DNA of 47,276 nucleotides from an uncultured Rhodothermaceae bacterium (GTDB taxonomy: Bacteria; Bacteroidota; Rhodothermia; Rhodothermales; DASSAV01). A program made the position numbers and the translations under genes. The notes under the pieces are model-generated. The model saw only the letters and a list, made by a program, of their open reading frames with translations, was not told the DNA's origin and did not search any database. The stretch is from positions 1 through 47,276 of the forward strand of contig CBDUBU010000003.1 of assembly GCA_965365465.1 (NCBI GenBank), in the 5' to 3' direction. Below, piece by piece: positions 17,994 through 29,206 of the stretch (position 1 is its first letter; every line of letters starts with the position of its first letter).

Positions 17994-19922
17994 CTATCCA
18001 CCAAATCTTTTGGTCAGTTCGTCCATGGATATCTTAATCATCGTGGGCTGACCATGAGGATCGGCATAGGGCATTTCGCAAAGGAAAAGCTGGTCAATGA
18101 GCGCGCGCATTTCCTTTGTGGTTAGTTTCTTGCCAGGGGCGATTGCGCTGCGTCGTGCAATACTCTTGGCAAGATTGTCATGCCCCTTGATGTGCAATTC
18201 GTCTCTGTAGTCCTTGAACTGCTCCAGGATGTCTTCAAGAATGGTAAGTTCATCGCCGACACGAATGTCCGTCGGGACGCCGCGTAAGACGACGGTGCGT
18301 CCGCCAAACAACTCCAGGTCAAAGCCGAGGGAGCGCAGATCGGGAATAAGATCCTGTAAAAGGGCGAAGTCCGCCAGGTTAAATTCAATGGTTTGCGGAA
18401 ACAATAGCTGCTGAGAAAGCCCGAAGCCGCTTTTCATGCTTTGCAGCGCACGTTCGTAAAGAATTCTCTGGTGCGCTGCATTCTGGTCAAGGACCATTAA
18501 CCCTGATCGAATCTGAGTAAGAATATACCGATCATGAAATTGCCAGAGCAGGTGTTCATCCGAAAGATCATCCTGTTCAGACGACAAGACGGAATGCGTT
18601 TCTCCGAAGGCTCTGTGTTCTATCTGTTCCTCTGGAGAAGGCTCCTGGTCGTACAACTGCCTGGAAAGTTCGCCCGGACTGCGCTGTTCGAACATCCCGG
18701 TTTGTCGCTCAAAGGGAGGCGACGAAGAGACGGAAGGATTGCCTACTGCATGGCGTATTTGTCGTTCTGGAGAAAAGCTTCCTGTCTGAAAAGCGCTGAA
18801 AGATCGCAGATGCTCCTGGGGAGCGCCGGTCGACTGCGCCGATTCCAGACTAGCTTGTGCGGGTTTCGCCGGAGTCATCTGAGGCGTAAGATCAGCAACC
18901 CCTAGCGCCTTCCTGACAACGGCACGCACAAAACCGTAGACCCCTCTTTCATCGTCAAACTTGATTTCAGCCTTCGTCGGATGCACGTTGATGTCTATAT
19001 GTCGGGGATCCAGCGTCAGAAAGAGCGCAAAAAACGGGATTGCCCCATCAGGAAGCATTTTCTCGTAAGCTGCGAAAACAGCGTGCTCTAGAAAGCGGTT
19101 CTTTATGAAACGTCCATTGACGAAAAGGTACTGCTCGCCTCGGCTCCTGCGGTGGAAAGCTGCGTTTGCAACGAAGCCGCTGGCGGAAAGATAACTGGTA
19201 GCCTCATCAACCGGAATGAGATGGTCTTCGTAATTGCTGCCGAACAGCTCGCCAATCCTGGACCTGAGCGCGTCCATAAAACCAGCGTCCGGCGATGCGT
19301 TCAAACGGTAAACTTCATGGTCGTCATGAATCAGCGTAAAGCCGATTTGCGGGTTTGAGAGCGCCAGGAACTGGAACGTTTCCAGCAAATGCTTGAATTC
19401 TGTGGCAGGCGTCTTAAGAAAATTTCGGCGGGCGGGGACATTGTAGAAAAGATTGCGGATAGATACGGAAGTGCCGTTCGGAGCAGCGCAAGGCTCCTGG
19501 TTTACGATAGCGCCGCCGTGAACACGAACAGAGAACCCTGCCTCATCCTGCACCCGCTTGGTCTTGAGTTCCACCTGCGCTACGGCAGCAATAGAAGCAA
19601 GCGCTTCTCCCCGAAATCCAAGCGTTTGAATCTTTTCAAGATCCTCTACAGATCTGATTTTACTCGTTGCGTGCCTGCGAAAGCAGGTAATTGCATCCGG
19701 AGGGCACATACCGCACCCGTCGTCTATCACCTGAATAAGCTCGCTTCCTGCCCCTTTCAGTATGATCGTGATATGATCGGCGCCTGCATCTATCGCGTTC
19801 TCGACGAGTTCTTTTGCTGCGGAAGCAGGTCGCTGCACAACCTCTCCGGCGGCAATTTTATTCGCCAGTGTTTCGGGCATCACCCGGATAATACTTTTGG
19901 GATCGATTAGAACCTCCGACAC
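17994..19922 (-). CDS. mutL: DNA mismatch repair protein MutL
   Basis: IAAGEVVQRP, KELVENAIDAGA, HATSK, GFRGEALASI, DINVHPTK; GTG start. Confidence 0.97.
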   Translation of the reverse strand: MSEVLIDPKSIIRVMPETLANKIAAGEVVQRPASAAKELVENAIDAGADHITIILKGAGSELIQVIDDGCGMCPPDAITCFRRHATSKIRSVEDLEKIQTLGFRGEALASIAAVAQVELKTKRVQDEAGFSVRVHGGAIVNQEPCAAPNGTSVSIRNLFYNVPARRNFLKTPATEFKHLLETFQFLALSNPQIGFTLIHDDHEVYRLNASPDAGFMDALRSRIGELFGSNYEDHLIPVDEATSYLSASGFVANAAFHRRSRGEQYLFVNGRFIKNRFLEHAVFAAYEKMLPDGAIPFFALFLTLDPRHIDINVHPTKAEIKFDDERGVYGFVRAVVRKALGVADLTPQMTPAKPAQASLESAQSTGAPQEHLRSFSAFQTGSFSPERQIRHAVGNPSVSSSPPFERQTGMFEQRSPGELSRQLYDQEPSPEEQIEHRAFGETHSVLSSEQDDLSDEHLLWQFHDRYILTQIRSGLMVLDQNAAHQRILYERALQSMKSGFGLSQQLLFPQTIEFNLADFALLQDLIPDLRSLGFDLELFGGRTVVLRGVPTDIRVGDELTILEDILEQFKDYRDELHIKGHDNLAKSIARRSAIAPGKKLTTKEMRALIDQLFLCEMPYADPHGQPTMIKISMDELTKRFGG

Positions 19923-19979
19923 GCTTTTCTAAGCTCAGTCCAGAAAATGATGATACGGGTTAGCTGTCGCCTTCCGGCC

Positions 19980-20183
19980 CTACATGAGGCGGATATAAAT
20001 GAAGATGGCGAATAGCAACAAAACCAGCAGCAGGAACAGGCTACTGGGTTTGCGACGCCTCCGCGATCGCCCCTGCACCCTCATCCGCCGTTTGATGTCA
20101 TCGTCTTTGTGAGGGTCGTAGTAACGCGGCTCATAACCAAACTGGCGCGGGCGGGCGCGTCTGTTCTGAATGAAAATTCCCAT
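19980..20183 (-). CDS. Small conserved hypothetical membrane protein
   Basis: PRQFGYEPRYYDP motif, Arg-rich linker, C-terminal TM helix; I recall this style of protein from Bacteroidota. Confidence 0.7.
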   Translation of the reverse strand: MGIFIQNRRARPRQFGYEPRYYDPHKDDDIKRRMRVQGRSRRRRKPSSLFLLLVLLLFAIFIYIRLM

Positions 20184-20544
20184 GCCGGTGAGCTGTTAAT
20201 AAGCAGGTATACTTCGAGACTTTTCACCTGCAAATTATACATGAGGAGGATGACATCGTTCCGTCAGAGCAGAGCAGGCTGGGGATTGAAAACGTGTCGT
20301 TGATGAAGAATAAACGCTTTTTTTATCCATTGGCAGGGCAGTGAGTCTCGGCAATCCGGTTTAAGCATGGTCTGTGGTTGCGGCCGTAGCGATTATCTTG
20401 CCTGGATCCGGGATCAGAGGTAGGAGGCGGAATGCCAGCATGGGTGAAGCCGTAGAGCACCCACGAACGCTACTTGTTATTTCGCCCTGATATGGCGAAT
20501 TTGTATGGCTGTGCAGAGACGCAAAGAAACATCCTTTCAAGTAA

Positions 20545-21846
<1,302 letters not shown>

Positions 21847-21930
21847 TGAGGCAGGCAGCCGGGAACGTTAGCATCCGGGCATTGAAGCAGACAGCAACTG
21901 TTGTTTTTACCTTGCCGTTGGAGGGATGTC

Positions 21931-22239
21931 ATGAAAGCAACCGTACCGTATGGCAGCGTAGGGCGGCATTTCCGCAGGTGGGTATTGCCTGTTATCCTGG
22001 TGCTGGTGGGTATGTGGTTGGTGTTTCTAGACAGCCATAGCCTTTATCGTCGCCTTCAGTGGCATCGTGAAGTCGGCAAGTTGGTGAATGAAAATGCTGC
22101 GCTGCAAACCCGGATAGACGAGATGGAGCGGAAGCTGAGTGATGTTGCGTCTGACGAGGTTGTTGAACAGATTGCGCGGGAGCAGTATGGAATGCGCAAG
22201 CCGGGTGAGACGGTGTACCGGGTGGAAGTGAGTGAATAA
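21931..22239 (+). CDS. ftsB: Septum formation initiator FtsB/DivIC
   Basis: TM helix, coiled coil, EQIAREQYGMRKPGE; follows eno; GGAGGG before ATG 21931. Confidence 0.88.
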   Translation: MKATVPYGSVGRHFRRWVLPVILVLVGMWLVFLDSHSLYRRLQWHREVGKLVNENAALQTRIDEMERKLSDVASDEVVEQIAREQYGMRKPGETVYRVEVSE

Positions 22240-22351
22240 GGCTCCGTCTTCTCCCCGGTGCTCTTCGTGTGCGATGCAAGTTGTTGCAACCGTTGCTGGT
22301 AAATAACCTGGCTGTTCAAGCAGAACAGGTCACCCAATATCATCAGAAACA

Positions 22352-22397
22352 GACGACGGGAAGGGGGCGACCATAGCGGCGCCCCCGCCGTTGTTTT
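22352..22397 (+). terminator. Putative intrinsic terminator after eno-ftsB
   Basis: GACGACGG..GGGGGCG / CGCCCCC..CCGTTGTT stem followed by a short T run. Confidence 0.45.
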
Positions 22398-22424
22398 AAT
22401 AGCACCTTAAAACGCATCAGGCGT

Positions 22425-23414
22425 ATGCAGCATTATGCGGTCGGAATCGACCTTGGAGGTACGATGATAAAAGCTGCCCTTGTGCAGAGAGGGCAGGGCG
22501 TTGTCATTGAGACGGCGAAGGCTACAGAGGCGTTCGGCGGCCCTGAGCACGTGCTTGATCGTATCGCATCAATCATACACGAGGTAGCCGCGGCGGCGCC
22601 GGAGGAGATTTCAGGGGTTGGCATCGGCGCTCCCGGAGCTATCAACTGGGAGCGAACTTCGGTTATCTATCCTCCCAACCTCCCCGGCTGGGAAATCATA
22701 GACCTTCGGGCAGCTCTCCAGCGGCGTCTGGAAGGATCGCTGCCGATTTTCGTTGAAAATGATGCAAACCTGGCCGGGTTAGGATCTGCACATTACGGCG
22801 CGGGACGCCCGCACCATTCGTTTATCATGGTGACGCTGGGCACCGGGGTTGGAGGAGCCATCATCTATCGTGACAAGATCTTTCGTGGGACTACTGGAGG
22901 GGCAGGAGAAATAGGGCATATGTCTATTGACTTCGAAGGCCCGACAGATCGCTATGGCATTGCAGGAGCAATTGAAGCTTACGTAGGCCAGCAGTTTCTC
23001 TCGTATCATGCACGGCATCGGCTGCTGACCCGGTTTACGAGTAAGGTCCACGAGATGGCGGGAGACGACCTTATAAACCTCACCCCGCTGATTCTTTTTG
23101 AAGCCGCACGCGGCGGCGACGAAGATGCACGTGAAGTGCTTGCCTGGGCGGGACACAAACTGGGTTGTGTACTTGCTTCCGCCGTCAATCTTCTCGATAT
23201 CCGAAAGATCATCGTGGGAGGAGGGGTATCTGCTGCCGGAGATTTTATTCTTGATCCGGCGCGTGCATCGCTGGTGCGGTATGTTATGCCAGATCTGCGC
23301 GATAGTGTCGAAATCATTCAGGAAACGCTTGGCAACGAAGTGGGTATGCTTGGAGCCGCCCATCTTGTTTTCGAGTTTCTGGATGAGCAAGTGTCTTCCT
23401 CCGGAGCCGTATAG
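22425..23414 (+). CDS. ROK-family sugar kinase (glucokinase-like)
   Basis: GIDLGGT, GIGAPG, ENDAN, TLGTGVGG, GEIGH. Confidence 0.92.
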   Translation: MQHYAVGIDLGGTMIKAALVQRGQGVVIETAKATEAFGGPEHVLDRIASIIHEVAAAAPEEISGVGIGAPGAINWERTSVIYPPNLPGWEIIDLRAALQRRLEGSLPIFVENDANLAGLGSAHYGAGRPHHSFIMVTLGTGVGGAIIYRDKIFRGTTGGAGEIGHMSIDFEGPTDRYGIAGAIEAYVGQQFLSYHARHRLLTRFTSKVHEMAGDDLINLTPLILFEAARGGDEDAREVLAWAGHKLGCVLASAVNLLDIRKIIVGGGVSAAGDFILDPARASLVRYVMPDLRDSVEIIQETLGNEVGMLGAAHLVFEFLDEQVSSSGAV

Positions 23415-26268
23415 CTCCCAACCCTCGCTGAATCAGTCAATTCCGGGTTTTCCAACCGTCCCAGGGGCCAGGGGCGTTAAAACTGGCATTTCCATTGTTG
23501 CGGCGCTCGCTCGCAGGCTACTGTTCCTCGTAACGGTGCTGCTTTTGAGCGTACTGCCAGGATGGGCGCAGGTTGCTGATTCGACGCGTGCTCTGAAGCC
23601 GTCTGCCGATTCTCTGAAAACCGAACCCACAGGCATAGAGAATGCCGATTCGTCGTCTCTTGTGACGGAAGCAGGGATGCCTCCAGGTTCACTCGCAACG
23701 GGATCTTCCGGGCTGCGTGAACCTGTCAAGTTTGCAGCCGATTCCCTCATCCTGATTGTCGATAAGCAGGAGGGAGATCGAGGTACACTTTTCGGCCAGT
23801 CAAAAGTGTCCTACGGAGATGCCAACCTTGATGCGCACAGGGTAGAGATTCTTTTTAGCATTGACGAACTACGGGCCTCTGGTATGCCTGTCGATACCGG
23901 CACGGTAGGCAAGCCGCATTTCCGGCAGGGCAGTGAAACTTTTTACGGAGATCAACTTGCCTTCAATTTGCAGACGGAGCGCGGGCGGATGGTGGCTGCG
24001 CGCACCCGAATGGATGATGGGTTTATCCGGGGCGGGGTCGTTAAGGTGCTGGAAGATAGCACGCTCTTTATCAAGGATGGCGCGTATACGACGTGCTCCT
24101 GCATTGAGGACCCGTCGTATACCCTGCGATCCAGCCGCATGAAGATCGTAGATGAAAAATGGGTATATACGGGTCCGATTCAGCTTTTCCTTTTCAATAT
24201 CCCGATGCCGCTGTGGCTGCCTTTCGGGTTTCTGCCTGCGCAGGAGGGACGACGCAGCGGCCCTCTGCCTCCTAACTATGGCGAGGATGAACGAGGGTTT
24301 TTCCTCCGCGATTGGGGATGGTACTGGGCGATCAGCGAATACCTGGATCTGCAAGTGCGACTGGGCCTCTGGACGAAAGGTAGTTGGCAGGTGGCGCCGC
24401 TTTTCCGCTATAATCGCAGGTACCGGTACTCAGGGCAACTTCAGATTGACTATGTGCATAACCGGCGCGGCGAACGGGACGATCTCGATTTCAGCGTCAT
24501 AAAGACACGGTCTTTGCGCTGGAACCACAACCAAACACTTAGTCCGTCGGCCTCTTTCTCAGGTGATGTAAACCTGTCCTCTGCTAATTATCTACGCACG
24601 GTATCAAACAGCTACGACGATCGCGTCCGCCAGACGATACAATCCAGTATTCGATACAACAAGCGGTGGGCAAATGCGGGCAGGTCGCTCAGTTTGAACG
24701 CGAACCACCGGCAGGTTCTTGCAACGGGAGAGACCTCGCTGACACTGCCGAACCTCACCTTTAGCCAGGGATCGCGAAAGCCATTCAAGCGGGAGACGCT
24801 TGCTGCCGGAGAGCGCGAGCGCTGGTACGAACGCATAACCTATACATACAGTAGTTCTCTGGATAACCGTTACGACTTCAGGAGGCTTTCGGACACGGAA
24901 CTTCTTGCACGCGGAGACACAAGCGCACTAGGCATTTCCTGGTGGGAAGCGCTGATCGATCCGGAGAAATATCGCCGCGCAACCGGAGACGAAACGCCCT
25001 TTGATTTCAAGGCCAGCCATAATCTTCCTGTCTCTGCTTCGTTCTCGGTCAATCGGCTTCCAGTCATCAATAAGACGTTCCGGTTGAATCTGGCTTCCAA
25101 CCTATCTTATCGGGAGGACTGGTATATACGCACTTTCCGAAGGACGCCGTCGGATTCAGCCTCAACGGTCGTTACGGACCCTACCTCCGGCTTTTTTGCG
25201 CTGCGCCGGTTTACAACGGGAGTATCAGCCAGCTCTACTTTTTACGGTCTTTTTCCGTGGCGTATCTGGCGGTTCAACGGGTTTCGGCATACTGTCCGGC
25301 CCGACGCAAGTTTTTCCTATTCGCCGGATTATACAAGCGACTTCTGGGGATACTATCGCTCCTATACCGACCGGAATGGCCGAGAGGTCACGTATCCGAT
25401 TGTTAACGCCGCACCCGGACGCGAACAAAAGACATTGTCCCTACAGGTCAGCAATGTTTTTGAGACGAAGTACATACGCACGGATTCTACCGGCGATGCA
25501 CAGAACCGTTCGCTCAAGCTATTTGATCTGAATTTTTCCACTTTTTATAACCTTGCCGCAGACTCGTTTAGGGTCGGAGACCTTGCGATAAATGCACGCA
25601 CCAACATTCTGGACCGCGTTGACCTTACATTCCGGTCGAATCTCTCTCCTTACAGGCTCAACGCTCAGGGAACGCGCCTGCTGGACGAGTATCTGTTCTC
25701 ATTGCGAAATCTGCGCTTTGCGAGGCTGACGCGGCTTGACATCACGGCGCGCACATCGTTCCGGAGCAAGAACAACCAGTCAGGGAGTCCTGCCTCTACA
25801 CCACGCGCCCGCATGACCGATCCTTCAATGATTCCAGTCGGAGGGTCTTCTTTTGGCAGCATGGACCCCTTTGATGCCCCATACTATAATACAGACGTAG
25901 GGTATGCTGATTTCGCTATTCCCTGGACGCTCAATATGGATTTTACTTATTCCTTATCAAAATCCCTTCCCAGTAACACAACGCCTCGCGCTACCGTCAA
26001 TGCAAGTTTCGATTTTAATGTAACTCCTAACTGGAAAGTGCAGGGGCGCACCGGCTATGATTTTGTTAATGGAGAGTTGGTAACGACCAACCTCGTCATC
26101 CTGCGCAACTTTGAGTGTTGGGAGATGTCTTTTAGCTGGATTCCATTCGGACGCTACCAGTCTTACAGTTTTGATCTACATGTGAAGAGCGGCAAGTTGC
26201 GGGATTTGCTGCGGGTTCGCCAGCCCAGGTCCGACATAAAAGGGCGTTTCGGCAGCGTTTTTCAATAG
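23383..26268 (+). CDS. lptD: LPS-assembly outer membrane protein LptD (FCB type)
   Basis: Signal peptide ending GWAQ, beta-jellyroll region, YTTC, PLWLPFGF, RRSG, beta-barrel, C-terminal CWEMSFSWIPFG; start uncertain. Confidence 0.85.
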   Translation: MSKCLPPEPYSSQPSLNQSIPGFPTVPGARGVKTGISIVAALARRLLFLVTVLLLSVLPGWAQVADSTRALKPSADSLKTEPTGIENADSSSLVTEAGMPPGSLATGSSGLREPVKFAADSLILIVDKQEGDRGTLFGQSKVSYGDANLDAHRVEILFSIDELRASGMPVDTGTVGKPHFRQGSETFYGDQLAFNLQTERGRMVAARTRMDDGFIRGGVVKVLEDSTLFIKDGAYTTCSCIEDPSYTLRSSRMKIVDEKWVYTGPIQLFLFNIPMPLWLPFGFLPAQEGRRSGPLPPNYGEDERGFFLRDWGWYWAISEYLDLQVRLGLWTKGSWQVAPLFRYNRRYRYSGQLQIDYVHNRRGERDDLDFSVIKTRSLRWNHNQTLSPSASFSGDVNLSSANYLRTVSNSYDDRVRQTIQSSIRYNKRWANAGRSLSLNANHRQVLATGETSLTLPNLTFSQGSRKPFKRETLAAGERERWYERITYTYSSSLDNRYDFRRLSDTELLARGDTSALGISWWEALIDPEKYRRATGDETPFDFKASHNLPVSASFSVNRLPVINKTFRLNLASNLSYREDWYIRTFRRTPSDSASTVVTDPTSGFFALRRFTTGVSASSTFYGLFPWRIWRFNGFRHTVRPDASFSYSPDYTSDFWGYYRSYTDRNGREVTYPIVNAAPGREQKTLSLQVSNVFETKYIRTDSTGDAQNRSLKLFDLNFSTFYNLAADSFRVGDLAINARTNILDRVDLTFRSNLSPYRLNAQGTRLLDEYLFSLRNLRFARLTRLDITARTSFRSKNNQSGSPASTPRARMTDPSMIPVGGSSFGSMDPFDAPYYNTDVGYADFAIPWTLNMDFTYSLSKSLPSNTTPRATVNASFDFNVTPNWKVQGRTGYDFVNGELVTTNLVILRNFECWEMSFSWIPFGRYQSYSFDLHVKSGKLRDLLRVRQPRSDIKGRFGSVFQ

Positions 26269-26424
26269 TAAATGCAGACATTGAGAGACCGAATGGTCTT
26301 TTTGTGACCTGGCTGAACATTTCTGAAAGGACATCGGTATACGAGGCTGGGTTGAAGGAAGTGTGCATCCGGCGCTGCTTGCCACCGGCGCTGCCCTTCA
26401 GAACGATACGCAACGATTGGTTAT

Positions 26425-26760
26425 ATGCATCATTTTAAAAAACTGACAGCAAAGATCCGAGAAAAGGATGTCCTTTCAGAAGATCCTGCTTCGCAGACGA
26501 GGGCAGACAAGGCCCTTGCCCGGCGTCTGTTGAAGCTTTTTGAAGGAGATCTCTCGCTTGCTGCGATAAAGGATTTGCAGTTTTATGTGTGCAGCGGTCA
26601 CGTCGAGATCTGTGGCGCTGTGGACCATGATCTGGACTGTGAACTACTCGTCTCTGCTGTGAAACGGGTAAAAGGAGTTGCCGGGGTCACGACCAAAATG
26701 CTAATCTCCGATTCCAGGTCACGTGGACGCGCCAATGTTTTTCCTCATCTACCTGCGTGA
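26425..26760 (+). CDS. BON-domain protein
   Basis: D..LA..L...L, GHVEICGAV, AVKRVKGVAGV pattern; no signal peptide. Confidence 0.65.
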   Translation: MHHFKKLTAKIREKDVLSEDPASQTRADKALARRLLKLFEGDLSLAAIKDLQFYVCSGHVEICGAVDHDLDCELLVSAVKRVKGVAGVTTKMLISDSRSRGRANVFPHLPA

Positions 26761-27179
26761 AAGAGCCATACATTATCAATTTGCTTAAACCCAAGACGCG
26801 CATAAAAACTGGCTGATATATCTGAATCTCTCAGAATCAGGTCCATGCCTTGAGCGCGATTGAGGACTTCGTCGATAAGCGCCGTTCCGACACCGAGGCG
26901 CTGGACGTCCGGCTCAACAGCCAGGTCGCAAAGATAACTTACCAGTACGCCGTCGGTAATCACACGCGCAATGCCCACAAGATGACCTTTATTCCAGGCA
27001 GTAAGCACCAGTGATGAGTTCTCAAACATCTCCCAGACCCGATTTGGATTGTCTACGGGTCGAAGTAAGGGAGCGCGTCGGTAGAGGGTTGCAATACGCG
27101 CTGGTGTAAGACCTTCGAGGCCTTCACGGATTTCGAGGTCTTCTATCCGGGTCTTATTATGCTGTCTGGTTTGTATCAT
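26745..27179 (-). CDS. GNAT N-acetyltransferase
   Basis: LVGIARVITDG, DLAVEPDVQRLGVGTAL, FYARLGF. Confidence 0.92.
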   Translation of the reverse strand: MIQTRQHNKTRIEDLEIREGLEGLTPARIATLYRRAPLLRPVDNPNRVWEMFENSSLVLTAWNKGHLVGIARVITDGVLVSYLCDLAVEPDVQRLGVGTALIDEVLNRAQGMDLILRDSDISASFYARLGFKQIDNVWLFHAGR

Positions 27180-27225
27180 CGGAGTAAAAGCGTCAAGCGG
27201 TTAGTTTGGCTGTCGCTCTGCCATT

Positions 27226-28752
27226 GTGAAGACAGCGCAAGATTCGGGCGAGCAGGCAATATTACCGGGGCACCAGTTACAAATGATGTCGGGAGCGGAA
27301 TCCTCAGCTTACATATTACCGTGTGTTATTGACGTACCGGAGCATTTCGTTCCAAAGGTACAATATGCACTCAAGGCGCTTCTCTTTCCACTGGGAATTG
27401 AACCAATGTGGACAAAGAGCGCGGCGCTCGATCACGCAGGATTGTATTACGGCACATGTAAAGACCGACTCGCAGGATCACATCTGTCCTTCTGCGTCAG
27501 CAGTTCGACGCTTTCGTTTTTCGAAGATTGCCGACCCTATGACATCAGTTCCATTAGCCAGGTTAAGTGGCAGGGCCAGGGATGGCCCGTGCTTTTTATG
27601 TTGAATGGAGGAGAGAAAGCCGACCTGATAGCCTCTGCTTTTTTCTGGCTTTCAGGGTGGCAAGAACACTCGGTTTCTGAACGAGATTTTTATGGCCGTT
27701 TTCTTTATAGCGTTTCGTTGCAGGCGCGGCTGGGGATAGGACCTGCCCCGCTGGTTGATGTATACCGGGAGATCCTGGCGGAAGCGCTAATCCGGCAGGG
27801 CATACCTGTTCGGCGCAGAGCATGGGGCGGGCGCAAATGGGCGCTATGCCCTACCCACGATGTCGATTACCTCCGGAAATGGAGGCTCGGAATGATCTAC
27901 CGTGAAGTGGTCGATCATTTGCTCCGAAATGGAAGAAAGCAAAACATACGTGGGCGAGTGCGTCGTTTTGGTGCGTTTGTAGATGATTGCCTCCGACCGG
28001 GAGATGCCTATCGCTGCGCACTTGAGCGAATGCATAGGGAAACCGTGCGGCGCAACGGTCAGGCAACTTACTTTATAAAAGCGGGTGCGCATGGCCCGCA
28101 TGATGTCTCCTACAGTCTCAGCAATGCGTTTCTTCGAGATTTTCTGGCGCGTCTGGAAGCTGATGCATTTGAAATTGGATTGCATCCGAGTTTTCATGGG
28201 CACACACATCCAGCTTACCTTACGTCTGAACGCGATGCCTTATCGCGTGGGATAAATCAAGAGATCATTTCTACCCGGCAGCACTATCTTCGGTATGATT
28301 TGAACATCACACCGCGACTTCACGAGATTGCCGGATTCCGCATCGATTCCACGCTGGGGTTTGCTGAGCAAGAGGGCTTTCGGAACGGCACATGTATGCC
28401 ATTCAGGGTGTTTGATATTCCAGGCAACCGTCCGACCAACATCTGGGAGATGCCGCTCGCCGTAATGGAATCAACGCTGTTCAATCGGCGCCGTTTGAAT
28501 GGGGCGCACGCCTTTGAAGCAACGCTCGCCATTATGGAGGCTTGTCGCCGTTTCGGGGGCGTATGTGTAATGCTGTGGCATAATACCCTCTGGGATGAAT
28601 TGGATTTTCCCGGTTGGGGACAGCATTTCCTGGATACGCTGGATGCGGCCGGGCGCATGGGAGCGCGTATAACGTCCCTCCGCCAGGCGCTGTCTTACCA
28701 TTGCGCCGAGCAGGACGAGCGGCTAGAAGGCAACCTGAATCCGATCAATTAA
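27226..28752 (+). CDS. Polysaccharide deacetylase-like protein (DUF7033-type N-terminus)
   Basis: DLIASAFFWLS.WQE, THDVD, EIGLHPS, RQHYLR, DSTLGF, GFRNGTC, LWHN; start uncertain. Confidence 0.8.
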   Translation: MKTAQDSGEQAILPGHQLQMMSGAESSAYILPCVIDVPEHFVPKVQYALKALLFPLGIEPMWTKSAALDHAGLYYGTCKDRLAGSHLSFCVSSSTLSFFEDCRPYDISSISQVKWQGQGWPVLFMLNGGEKADLIASAFFWLSGWQEHSVSERDFYGRFLYSVSLQARLGIGPAPLVDVYREILAEALIRQGIPVRRRAWGGRKWALCPTHDVDYLRKWRLGMIYREVVDHLLRNGRKQNIRGRVRRFGAFVDDCLRPGDAYRCALERMHRETVRRNGQATYFIKAGAHGPHDVSYSLSNAFLRDFLARLEADAFEIGLHPSFHGHTHPAYLTSERDALSRGINQEIISTRQHYLRYDLNITPRLHEIAGFRIDSTLGFAEQEGFRNGTCMPFRVFDIPGNRPTNIWEMPLAVMESTLFNRRRLNGAHAFEATLAIMEACRRFGGVCVMLWHNTLWDELDFPGWGQHFLDTLDAAGRMGARITSLRQALSYHCAEQDERLEGNLNPIN

Positions 28753-28768
28753 TCTGTAGAGGGGATTG

Positions 28769-29206
28769 ATGCGAATACGAATGCAGCGAATGAACGACAA
28801 TTATCATCTCGTGGCGACCAACGAAGCTGGAAATACGGTCTCTATAGATGGTTCTCCTGCTATTGGGGGAGAGGGCAAGGGTGCGCGCCCGATGGAGGTA
28901 GTTCTGATGGGGCTTGGAGGATGCAGCAGCATTGATATCATTTCAATTCTCAAAAAGCAGCGTCAGCCTGTTCGCACTTTCTCCATAGAGATGGACGGCG
29001 AGCGGGAAGAAGGAAAAGCAGCATCCGTTTTTAGCAAGATTCATCTGCATTATGCACTGGAGGGAGACCTCGACGCAGATAAGGTCAGACGGGCCATTGC
29101 GCTGAGTCTGGATACATATTGTTCGGTGGCGAAGATGTTGGAGAAAACGGCTGAGATCACATATTCGTTTGAGGTCAACGGGGAGAGATATGCGCAGCAG
29201 GACTGA
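28769..29206 (+). CDS. OsmC/YhfA-family protein
   Basis: RPMEVVLMGLGGCSSIDI and YCSV two-Cys pattern. Confidence 0.92.
   Translation: MRIRMQRMNDNYHLVATNEAGNTVSIDGSPAIGGEGKGARPMEVVLMGLGGCSSIDIISILKKQRQPVRTFSIEMDGEREEGKAASVFSKIHLHYALEGDLDADKVRRAIALSLDTYCSVAKMLEKTAEITYSFEVNGERYAQQD

Noticed and set aside
23098-23382. N-terminal 95 aa of the 1056-aa ORF
   Set aside because: Lies within the ROK gene in another frame; the LptD signal peptide is further downstream.
26745-26760. 16-bp tail-to-tail overlap of BON and GNAT genes as a toxin-antitoxin pair
   Set aside because: Convergent orientation, and BON is not an antitoxin; short 3' overlaps are common.
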